From positions 40,178,001 to 40,242,000 of the forward strand of contig CM052817.1 of the NCBI GenBank assembly GCA_028534125.1: a stretch of DNA of 64,000 nt, written 5' to 3'. A model generated the notes under the pieces. That model saw only the letters and a program-made list of their open reading frames with translations. It made no database searches and had not been told where the DNA came from. Shown here piece after piece: positions 11,948 to 23,202 of this stretch; the first letter of the stretch is position 1; every line of letters starts with the position of its first letter. A program made the position numbers and the translations under genes. The stretch comes from Lama glama (lineage: Eukaryota).

Positions 11948-13937
11948 TTAATTTATTTTAGGCCCTTCATTTGAATGGTTACTTAGCAAATGCCTGAATT
12001 TACTGCTATTAGCAAAACTTGAACATTTATAATTTGGTAAAGATGACCAGTGTTTCCTTGACAAAGTTTTCATTTCAGTCTTTTCTGAATTGTGTTTTAA
12101 AGGGGGCTGAGCTAGATCATTAGCTCTCATCTTTAAGAAACAGATTATTATATCCTTTAGTAACTTTACAAAGTGATTGATGGCACATACTTCTCCATCA
12201 AAGAGATGCTCATTTAAATCTACAAAAAGATAAATATGCCCAGAAAGCTCATGTAATATTTTCTGTTGAAGATAAAATTCCCTCTGTTGAGGAGGTAATA
12301 ATTCATACACTGCCATTCTTGAATGGGTTCTTGTAACTCGCTCACAAATATTTACGACTCGGCATAAACTTTCTGAAGGGAAATGCACACCATTCTCCTT
12401 TTTAACACATAACAGTGATCCAATTTTAGAGGTTTTGAGATCCGATGTATAGAGTGCACTGATGCAGTCCTCACATGTTAAAAGAGTTGATAATTTATCT
12501 GCAATGTAACTAGCACAACAGGTTAGATTTCGCCTATGATCTGACAGGTCTAGTAATGCCTCACTTAGCAAACAGTCAGACCAGTCGTAGCAAATATCCT
12601 CTTTGTGAAAAAGAGTCTTTACAATGCTGACACCATACTGACGCTGAACTGTCCAAAGGGCCAAGTCTGTCCTTCGAGCAATTGAAATGTCAAGGATGCT
12701 TACTTCACTTAGAAAAACTTCATCTTGTAATCTGTATCTGGTCTCCACATTATGGTAAGCTTTCTGGAATGCCATGCAGGTAAGGTTAGAACTGGTTACT
12801 GATACCTGTCTCAGCAACTTTAGGAATAATTCCAGATGATCTTGACTGAATTTGTAAGTCAGAAGATATGGAAAAGGCATGATTTTGGGGGAAACATAAT
12901 TTTGGTAGAGCCATTTTAAACTCTCAGCATTAAGCAAAAATCCCAGGAATCCCAATTTTCGCTTACCTTTAATTATTTGACTATTGCTAGTGTCAGCTAA
13001 TGTAACAAAAATAGTCTTGGCTTCAATTAACACATGGTTAATTTTATTAAAAGTTTCAGGTAAGAGAGGTCCTCTAAATCCCTTTCCATAATAGTTCCTA
13101 CTATTAAAAATGTCAAACAAATTGTTAATTAAGCGTAAGAAATGGATGGTCCCAGTACAGTTCTGAAAAGGAGGCAGACCTAGAGACAGCAAACATTCCA
13201 GTGCGCCCGCCACGCTCTCACTGAAGAGCTGGGCAGCACAATTCATTTTCAGTATGTGGTTTTTCAAATTTGCAAGTTTTCTTGGGATTCTCTCCAGATT
13301 CGATAATTCCTGTTCCTCTAGTGCTACTAACTCCACAAGGTGCTGCCAGTGCGCTGTGCCGTTAAGAAACTGGACACTCTGAAAATTCTGAAATGCATTC
13401 CTTATTAATCTAAGCAAGTGGCAAGAATCAAAGAAGTAGGCAATCTGTTGACTAGAAGATGAAGGATGCTGGAAGGTACACTTCATGTTGTCTCCATCAA
13501 TATGTATCCCCAATGCTTTTGCCATCTGAACACTGTGAGCTGTAGCATCAGACGTGACAGCCAGAACTGTGATCCCGATGTCACTCAGTTTGCCAATCGT
13601 CAGGCGAAGCAACTGAGCGTGCAAATATCCAGACGCCCTGTTTATGAAAAAATAGCCAAGAGGTGTTCTCCAAAGACCGGAAATACCCACTGCCATGAGC
13701 AAAACAGTTTCTGAGGCAAGTGGCGTTTCGTCAGCGTCAAGTCTGCCAAGACCGAAGTCCATGAACCCTTGCAAGTGGTGACTGCTGGGGTCCCACTGAA
13801 GCTGCTGCTTGAGAGAGACACCTTTTATTATCAGCGAGCAATACTGATATCGCTGGTCTCCATCCTCTACTTTCCGTTGAAGAAAAGAAAAAATGCTACT
13901 GTTGAAACCAGGACCAGGTTTGCATTTGGACAACCAT
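11948..13937 (-). CDS. THAP9: THAP9 exon 5 (P-element-like transposase: RNase H-like core, insertion domain, C-terminus)
   Basis: TAG acceptor at 13940-13938 and open frame to TAA at 11948-11950. Motifs GFMDFG, VTSDA, FFDSCHLLRLIRN, LFDIFNS and FSQDHLELF are present. 1990 nt. Confidence 0.97.
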
Positions 13938-16900
13938 CTAGAAAACGTAAAAAATGAAAAATATAAAACACAGTGAAGAAATTCAAAAAGGGAAAATGCA
14001 AAACAAAAACCAAAACAAAAAGGGAAAATGCCTTAAATGGTCCTAAAGTGGCCTCCAATTCCTGTAGAAATAAAGCCAAGTATAAGTAGCCAAATTCTAC
14101 AGATATTCTCAAGCACATTCATATAGTTACCATGAAATAGTCAGATAATAGAGAAACTCAGAAACGTATTTTAAGATGCAAACATACCACAAAATAATTT
14201 TAATTTCTTATTCACTCCTTAAAAGAAGTATACAAGTCAGTTGCCCAGTTTGTTCAAAATGATGTATTTATGATTTAGAGCATAATCCAGTCTTACCCGT
14301 AAATTCACTGAAATGAGAACACTGTTGAAGGGGAACGAGACTTCAAGAACGTCTAGTACATCTACTCCATTTTACAGATTAGGAAACTGGGACAGAGGGA
14401 GAGGTTAAGCCACTTGGCCCATATTATGCTGCTGGTCTTGCATGAATGTGAAAGTCAGCTTTCCTGACATCCTAGTTCAGTGCCTTCCTCACTGCCCCTT
14501 ACAGTATCAGAATTATGCCCTTTGGGGCAAATAGGTGTCTGCATCAGACTGCTCCTATCCAAAGCACCTACACTTATCTTAGGAGTTCTTTTATAGCAGC
14601 TCTGACCTTCCCAGATTGCTGGTTATTCTTTCCTATTACTGTTGGTGTCTGTCACTAACAGACAGAGTTCTTTTCACTTAGTTCTAATTTAGTCTTTCTA
14701 ATTTGTTGTAAATTGGGAAAGGGAACAGCTAGGTTTAATAATTCTCTCAAATAAGACTAAATGGATTCTGAGGTAGACTGAGGTGTTCATCGTAAGTGAA
14801 GTTTGCTTTTGTAACTCAAATGACATTTTTAAGTTAAATTTCTGATTTGGGGGCTGTATTCTAGGTTGCCAAGGTTTCTTCCTGGACAGCCAAACTCTAT
14901 TTAATTGAAATTTTAACATACTTCCATAATTATTTCAGGACAGGGCTTTTCAAATATTTTGCTGCAATCTAGAAGTTTCATAAACAGAATTTACCCTTAC
15001 TTGATGCTACACACAAATATGTGTGTGTGTATAAATATGTGTATATAAAATGTAATGCCAACTATGACCCACTAAAACTGATCTCAAGATGCACTAAAGG
15101 GTTTGAAAAACACCATTACAGGATCCAAAAGACATACTCTGACTATAAGTAGCTAATAATTTATTTAGGATACAAAAGTATTAATCGTTATTTATACTTA
15201 AAAATAGTGCAAAATAATAAGACAATGAGAAAACAGTATAGGGGGCCTCCATCAGTGTGCTGCAGCCCACTACTATGTTGAAAACCCTTTTCAAGTGTGT
15301 CACCAAGTTTTAATTTTTAGTTCTTTTGCACTAGGATTCTCAAAGACACCAAAGACACCGTGTTACATGTGCAGTATGTAATGAAACTACTTAATGCTTC
15401 TAATAAAAGTTCTAGTTTAAATATGTTTTTAAAAAAGCTTGTGTTCTGGTAAGTTTGATTTTTAAATGGAAATCTAAACAGTATCTTAATGTCCTCAACT
15501 ATTAGAGTAATATTTTGAACGTTAGGCAGATAGATATGTGGACTAGTTGATTTCTTTTTTTTTTTTCAAAGTGTTGGTAACAGAGTAAAATACCTAAACA
15601 AAGTTTGTGAGTTAAAGTTGTAGGGAAGCAACTGATTTCTCTCTTAAACCAGCCTTCCCCTCTACCATTCAAAATTAAAAAACTTTTTCCCTGATTATAA
15701 AAAATGACACATTCGTTTAAAAAATAAATAAATAAAATACAGAAAAGTGCAAAAAAGAAAGTAAAAATCACTGTTAATATTTCAGGAACTTATCTATAGA
15801 TCAAGGTCATCAATGACCTCTCCATCTTGCAAAATCCAACGGTCAGTTCTCTTCTTACCACCCCACATCCCAGCAGCACTGACACAGTGGAGCACTGTCT
15901 CCTTGAAATGCTTTCTACACTTGGCTTTCAGGCCATCGAAATCTCCTGGTTTTCCTCCTGCCTCACAGGCTGCTCCTGATCAATAAATGTTTATTGAATA
16001 AATGAATATTCAATATGATTAAAGAGAACTAATACTTAAGCAGAGATGTGTTAAAAATAGATAACAACTTTTTAAATGAGGGAAATGAATGGAAATGTAA
16101 TCAAATACGAATATATTTGACCATCCAGATTTTTTAGGATGAAATCTGCGTACTTCTAATGTATTGGAATAATATGTCATAACTATGTAAAAAACTAATT
16201 GGAATAGCTGACTATTAAAACAAAATTTTGCTGATAGACAATTTTTTTTGAAGTCTGGGAAAATATACACCAAACCACTAACAGTGGTTACATTGTGAGA
16301 TTAGAGGAATGTAAGCATTATAAATATTTTTCACTGTCTGGTATTTATATACCTACATATTGTTTCAATGTTTTATAGCAAGCATGTATTACTATCACAT
16401 TCAACAAGGTACTTTAGTTTCAGACAAAGCGCTCAAAGAAATAAGCAACTCTTTGAGTACTAAAATTACAAACCGAAATAATGACATGGCAAAGGTTACA
16501 AAATGCAGAATGACTTGAGAGAAAAAAAGACCAGTGTGAGCTGCAGTGGCCAGGGAAGATTTAATCCAGAGTTGATTCAGAACTATAGGAAATGAAGAAA
16601 ACCATAGGGGGAAAACAAAGATGGGAAGTTATATGGAATGTTTCACATAAACCATAGTGTAAAATCAGTAAGTAATGCTTTAAAATCAGTGCAAAGGAGA
16701 GGACCTGACTAAAAAAGGTATAGGAGGAGGAGATGGCAACACAGTATCTATAAAAATGTCTCCTGCTTACTAGAAAGTAGACATTTATAAATAAGTGTAA
16801 TATCTAGCCTACATGGTAAAAATCACATTATGGAAGAGAGTGAATAAGCCTACACACAAATGTTCATCTCAATGTATGGAATAGCACTTAGAATAAAAAA

Positions 16901-17171
16901 ATAAGAACAATGTAAATGTCTGCTAGTTGAAGAATGCCCAAATGAAGCAGGGTATGAATGCCTGACATTATGCAGCTATTCAAGATCAAAACTATGTAAA
17001 AAACTAGTAAATCTAAGCACAGAAAAAAGACTGGAAGAAAATTCCCTGTGTGTCAATAATAACTGTTTATATATAATATAGAGGAACAATTGATTAATTT
17101 TCCTTCTTTTTCTCTCATTTCTAAATTTTTATTAGTAGTAGTATTTTAATAGTATGTGTAGAGAGAAATTC

Positions 17172-17430
17172 TCATTCTTTTTTTTTTAGTAGTACAGCAT
17201 GGTGACTATAGTTAATAATACTGTTATGTATATTTGTTGCTATAAGAGAGTCAATCTTAAAAGTTCTCATGACAAGAAAAAAATTATAACTATGTATGTG
17301 ATGGCTGTTAACTAGACTTACCCTGGTGATCATTTTGCAATATATACAAACATTGAATACATTAATTATGTTGTGCACCTGAAACTAATAATCATGTTAT
17401 GTGTCAATTACATCTCAATTGAAAAAAAGA
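17172..17430 (+). mobile_element. LINE-1 3' UTR end fragment (L1MA-like)
   Basis: tacagcatggtgactatagttaataatactg...tgttgtgcacctgaaactaat...aatttacatctcaatt followed by an A tail. Confidence 0.8.
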
Positions 17431-18253
17431 TGTTTCCCCCAAAATGGAAAAAAGAGAAACCTCACAATAATTAAGGTCCTTCCTCTCACCAAGCCTCAAC
17501 TTTCCCCTTCTTTACAATGAGGGGGTTGGACTACATGATACCTAAGAGTTTCTCTAGCTCAGAGCCCCTGTGAGTCCATTTCAAAGCTGAAGCAATAAGA
17601 AACTAAAAGGCACCTTCCAGGAGAGAAGATTCCTGCATTTCCTGGCTGGTCTCTGCCCCAGCTACAGTGAATTACATGAAGTGCTGCTCTTTAGACAGCG
17701 ACCTGAGGTCCACTGCACTTCTTCCTGACATCTGTTCAAAATCCTTAATGACCATCCAGGCGTTCTTTCATTCCATAAATATTTATCAAGAGACCACTGT
17801 GTTCCAGGCACCACGCCAGGGCAGGAGGTGTAACAAAGAACCAGAAGCAGTCCTCATACTTGGGCAGCTCACAGGCTAGCGGGGAAGACAGTGTCGTCAG
17901 TACTAAGATTCAGTTCCGTACTGTGTTTGTGCAATCCAGGATCGGAAGAATGGCGGGCCAGGCTTAAGAAAGGACGTGATAGAAATCTGAGCCTCAAGGC
18001 TGAGGACCAATCTCCAGGACTAAAAGGGAGAATGGGCATTTCAGGCAGATGGGATAGTAAGTTCCTAAGAGAAGAAGTAAGAAATGCCTTACAGTTGGAA
18101 CATGGAATACGAGCCCTCCAGAGGGCAGGGAGGGAGGCAAGAGAGGCACTGCAGAGCCCGGCAGGCGCCACATCGCAGAGGCTCAGTAAACCACGGGAAG
18201 GGGTTAGGCTTTAGACTATGGGTAAGGGGAGGCTTATGCAACAAGAAAGTGAC

Positions 18254-18625
18254 TGCTATGGGTTGAATCGTGTCCCTCAAAAAAACATATGTCATAGTCC
18301 TAATCACCAGTACCTCAGAGTAGATCTTATTTGCAGAAAGGGTCTTTACAGAGGTAATCATGTTTAAATGAGGTCATAAGGGCGAATCCCAATCCAATAT
18401 GATTATTGTCCTCATAAAAAGGAAATTTGGACATAGAAATACCCATGGATAATGGAAGACAATGTGAAGAAACACAAGGAGAAGACCACCATCTACAAGC
18501 TGAGAAGAGAGGCACGGAACAGCCCCCTACCTTACAGTCCTCAGAAGGAACTAACCCTGACAACACGCTGTTTTGCAGCTTCTAGCTTCCAGCACCCTAG
18601 ACAATCTATTTCTGCCATTTAAGCC
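18254..18625 (+). mobile_element. MaLR solo LTR (MLT1-like)
   Basis: Starts TGCTATGGGTTGAATCGTGTCCC; contains atgaggtcataagggcg and cagaaggaactaaccctgacaacac. Confidence 0.8.
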
Positions 18626-19188
18626 AAATAAATAAAAATGAAAAGGAGTCTGTAAAATCAGTGATAAAAAAAAACAGCAAAAACTGAGTATTAAATTTAT
18701 AAGAGACTACTATAAAGTCATGGTGTTGTTTGCTTCACACATCTGTGTACTCTGACCACAAATCCTAAAAAATTATTTATCATAATCTTGTGTCTGGACA
18801 ACCCGTACTGGCATCAACTAAAGTGCTTACAAAAAAATTCAGATTTTTGATCTTTGCCTCAAACCTATGGCATCAGTCTCAAACTATTTTAGATTTTCCA
18901 CATATTAAAACTACTAAAGCGTATGAGAAATTCCAGTATTTCAAGATTCAGATTTTATCACTCAGAGTGTCTCTACCATCTGAAAGATGCAGAAAATTTT
19001 GTCAGCCTACACATTTTCATTTTGCTGGTAAAATACTGACTGTGATAATGTGCAAATACCATGTAGAAGTTTTTAAAAAGAGAAAGCAGACTAAAGGAAA
19101 GTATGAATACTAACAGCATTAATGTATAAAATGTAACGGAAGTGCAAAATATTTGTTTTATTTAACATCTAAAAGGTAATTCACTTAC

Positions 19189-19339
19189 GTTCTGAGGATG
19201 GAAGAATGAGGCAGCTTAAGAATCTTTCTTACATAATCATAGACTTTGCTACTGCACAAGTAGAGGGTGCATGCAAACTGCTTCATTTCTGTGGAGTACT
19301 CGGCTGTTTCTCTCCAGTTATACAACTCCCACTTAAAAT
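19189..19339 (-). CDS. THAP9: THAP9 exon 4
   Basis: CAG acceptor and GTAAGT donor; DFKWELYNWRETAEYSTEMKQFACTLYLCSSKVYDYVRKILKLPHSSILRT; 151 nt; phases consistent. Confidence 0.95.
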
Positions 19340-20525
19340 CTGTTAAAATAAATTTATTCTTTGTGATGAAAAATGTGTACAGTAACATTTTCAGGTATCG
19401 ATCACAGCATTTGGATATAATGCATAAGGCGCCAAAATTCAAACACAATCACATTTTAACCGAGTTTGTTCAGAGGATAATATCCAACCATGGAGCCTGT
19501 TGATCGAGTTATCCTGTTCATCTTGGATCTTTTCACTAGAAAGAAGGGAGAAAAATGTTTCAACTTGAATCACTATGTTTTACTATTCATCGACAGCCTG
19601 AGTGGAGATTTTTAGAGGAACAGAGAAGAAAATGAAATAACTGCATAAAATTAAGGCTCTGGATTATGAGGACATTTATCTGTTTTATTTTGTTCCCTGG
19701 TTACCATCTACCTAAGAGTGAAAATAAGACACAAGAAACATTTCTGGGGATAGGGTACTATATTCAAAATGAACAATCTTTTCCACTATTGAGAGAAGAC
19801 AAAAACCTTTTGTTCCTGGAGTGGACTCCTATTTATTACGTGTATTCTTCTCTTGGGAAAACACAAAATATTCCGTCCTTTGGAGATACCTACTCTTTTC
19901 CAGACACAAGACATGCTTCTTTTTTACCAGAATTTTTAAATACAAAATCTCTGATGCTATCATCAAAAAGTAAGTTGGTATTGCTTATCTGCCCCCTCTT
20001 CAAATATCCTGGTGCACAAAGAAGACTAGGTAATCTTTCAATGGACATACATATACTCTACAGAGAGTATTGTGGGAAAATTTGGAGACTCATATAATTT
20101 TCAAGGTCAAAGTAATTTTGCAGATTATCTAGTTCAACTCACTGCAGAAAGACTTTACTGATAAATTACATAGAAGTTAAAATTGTTTAGAAAGAATTTG
20201 CAGTAGCATGAGTAAGTGAGATTATAAAAAGTGAAAAGTATACTATATGGTATATGATCTCATCTTTGGGTAGCAGGACTATATGTTATTTTTATTATTT
20301 ATACAATTCTTTGCTTCTCCTATAATAAATATTTTACTTTTGAAAATGGAAAGCCATAAAAGGGTTTTGGTGATGACTTTTCATTCTTCCTGCTTATGCC
20401 ACTGAGACTTTTCACTTCTCAGCTAATAGCATATTTTCATAGGCAACAGCAAAATAAATACTTAATGACATTTCAGAAAAATTAAGAGCTTTGTTGTAAA
20501 TATTACAGGTCATTGGGGAACATAC

Positions 20526-20829
20526 CTGAAAATTGTGCTCGTAGCAGATACTCCGTTTCTTCTGAAAGCAGTTTCTCTTCTACAAGTGCATCAATTAATC
20601 GTAAACCCTTTCTCTTCTTGATCATCCTGTAGTTTTTTGCAGAAGCGAGTCTTTTTTTGGACACTTGTAGCATCTGTTGCACCTCGGCCAGCTTTTCTGC
20701 TCCTATAGTCAAAGGTCTCTTTAAACTGTAGTTATGGTCCTCAGTAGCACCTTCTTGAGAATCATCAGGAAGTGGCTGTTTTAGGATTTTCTGTCTTGCT
20801 TTACCTTTAAGGTGTACACCTTGGAGAAC
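20526..20829 (-). CDS. THAP9: THAP9 exon 3 (DHNY HCF-1-binding motif, coiled coil, basic cluster)
   Basis: TAG acceptor and GTATG donor; VLQGVHLKGKARQKILKQPLPDDSQEGATEDHNYSLKRPLTIGAEKLAEVQQMLQVSKKRL...LRAQFS; 304 nt. Confidence 0.95.
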
Positions 20830-22190
20830 CTATGACAAATAGAAAATGAAGGTTATTTTAGAAATTATCACACAATGATTATCTATAAAAATACCACTGA
20901 ATACAAACCACTCACCTGGTTGCCTGAAGAGTTAGTTATGAAAGAAAAGGTTATATTCTCGGACTTTAATGTATGGTTTCTAGGACAGTGTAAACAGGGT
21001 ATTTTGTTTTGCTTCTATACTGAAAGAGTAATGCAATGCTGAAAGTTTCTGAAATGATTAAAGTAACTAGGGAAGGGTGGTGATAATTTGAGAAGGTTTC
21101 ATGGGAATTTTAAGTAGTTAATGGAGGGGAAGGGAAGTTATTTGTGCAGAGAGGAAGGCATAGGACAGAGCATGAGCTTTGGAATTAAGACTCCCAGATC
21201 CCTTACTTGTTAGTTATTATTTAACCTCTACAATCCCTCATCTCATTTATAAAACGTGAAGGATAATACAGATTTGAGAATACAGTAAGATAATTTATGT
21301 AAATCGCCTAGTGCAACACCTAGATCACTGTAGGTCTCTCAATAAATAGTAACATTGATTTTACACAAAAGCATGAAAGCAAGTTGATTTTCCATATATA
21401 CAGTGGGTAAGTATATGTGGTTGGAAAAGGGAATTCAGATTATTTAAGAGATGCACAAATCAATTAATAGAAAGCTCTTTGAACCTATGAGTTTGGATTT
21501 GACACCAACTATATTCTTAGGAAAGTAGGAATGAGATAAAACAATACCAAAATAAGGAGACTCCAGTGAGTAAGAGGAAGGTTTGGGTAGTGTCAAGATA
21601 GAACAGGTGGATGACTATTTGCAGACCGCAGACAGTGACTGAGTCACCTACAAGTGTGTGGCTAAGGGGTAGAAGGACAAAATAAAAACAATCAAAAGAA
21701 GCATAAGACTGTAACACCAATACCGGTGACTGACTCATAGAAAGACTTCTATTTTCCTATACCTCTTTCTGTATCAGTGCTAATAATTAGGTTATGTTTT
21801 TGGTCAAGACCAATTAACATTTTGGAGGGAGACTCAAAAAAAGGGTAGATAACTTCAAAGTATTATGAAAACTACCTCATACTTAAACAAAAGCCTGAAT
21901 TCTAAGGCTGCTGATATTCACTGCTTGAGTTTGTGATCAGCTTAGTAACCTTTATGTATAGCTAGACATATGATTTGCATTCATACATCTTATTTTTTAA
22001 AAAGCTCCAAAGCACAATTACTAATATTACATATGTATTTTTAAACTAATTTTCTAAGCATTTAAGTTTACTATTAAATTTATTTTACGATCTAAGTTTT
22101 TATTTCTGCAAATTCTAGCTATAATGTGAACTGTCTTGATTTTTAAAGGCTCTATAAAATTTAGTTTTGTTTACACCTGGATTTAAGTAC

Positions 22191-22386
22191 CTTGTATAGA
22201 GAAACAGAAGGCACAGTTCCTTTTTTCAGCTTTCTTCTTATGCCATATGACTCAAAGTCACTTTCTTGAAAATGTTTGGAACATAGCATAGCACCTGGTC
22301 CTGGGATCCAAATCTTTTTGCTTCTGGGGTCCATACGATTAACAGCCCTGATCCATTTTGAGCGCTGTATGGTATCAGTTGGAAAT
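22191..22386 (-). CDS. THAP9: THAP9 exon 2 (THAP zinc-finger domain, C-terminal part)
   Basis: Absent from the ORF track. My translation is FPTDTIQRSKWIRAVNRMDPRSKKIWIPGPGAMLCSKHFQESDFESYGIRRKLKKGTVPSVSLYK; AG/GT boundaries; 196 nt. Confidence 0.95.
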
Positions 22387-22691
22387 CTATAGCAATCATA
22401 TTAAAGTTCCATTAACATGAAGATATTATAGTAATACTATAGTATTTATTACATAAACCCATTTATTATTTAGCTTCTTTATATAAACATTAAGTCTGGT
22501 TAGTTTAAGTTAAATTCACTTCATCTGATTTCATTTTTCAAAGTTCGTTGATTTTTGGAATCCAAGAGTTCAGTATCTAAGTTACCTCGTCCATTTGTAT
22601 GTGGACAATTCTCACATGAAATACCCTACCACATTCTGCCCTCACAGCCTTAACAGAATCTGCTTAAATTTAATGTGTGTCCTTCCTTTCC

Positions 22692-23202
22692 TGTGGCAAT
22701 TTTAACTATGTCCACAAATTCTTTATTACACCTCCTTTCAAGGGGTGAAGCCCAATTTCCTTCCCCTTGAGTGTGGGCTGGAGTTAGTGATTTGCTTCTA
22801 AGGAATATTAAAAAAGCAGAACTGATAGAGGGCAATAAGATTAGGTCGGAAAAAGCAACGAGGCTTTGTCCTAGTTGTCTGTGTTGAATGGGGGAAGTAC
22901 CTGCCACGCTATCAGCAGCCCTATGGGGAGTCCACTGGGCAAGAAACTGAGGCCTCCAGCCAGAGGCCATGTGAGAGAGCCTTTCTCAAAGTAGATCCTT
23001 CAGTGTCAGTCAAGTCTTCAGATGACTGCAGTCTCGGCTGACATTTTGACTGCAATCTTATGAGACACCCCATAACACCCAGCTAACCTACTCCCAAATT
23101 CCTTACCCTCTGAATTCCTGACCCTCAGAAATTCTGTGAGAAAACAGATGTTTCCACTAAATTTTAAGAAAATGTGTTACTTTGCAGTAGAAAACAAGTA
23201 CA
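22692..23202 (+). mobile_element. MaLR solo LTR (MLT1-like)
   Basis: TG...CA ends; gaaactgaggcctccagcc, cttcagatgactgcag and aattcctgaccctcagaaa motifs. Confidence 0.75.

Noticed and set aside
17869..18361. Overlapping 60-107 aa ORFs in THAP9 intron 4
   Set aside because: No recognisable homology or splice support; they lie among L2-like and MLT repeat fragments.
19666..20097. 143-aa ORF antisense in THAP9 intron 3
   Set aside because: No domain-like features or supporting signals; within chance expectation.
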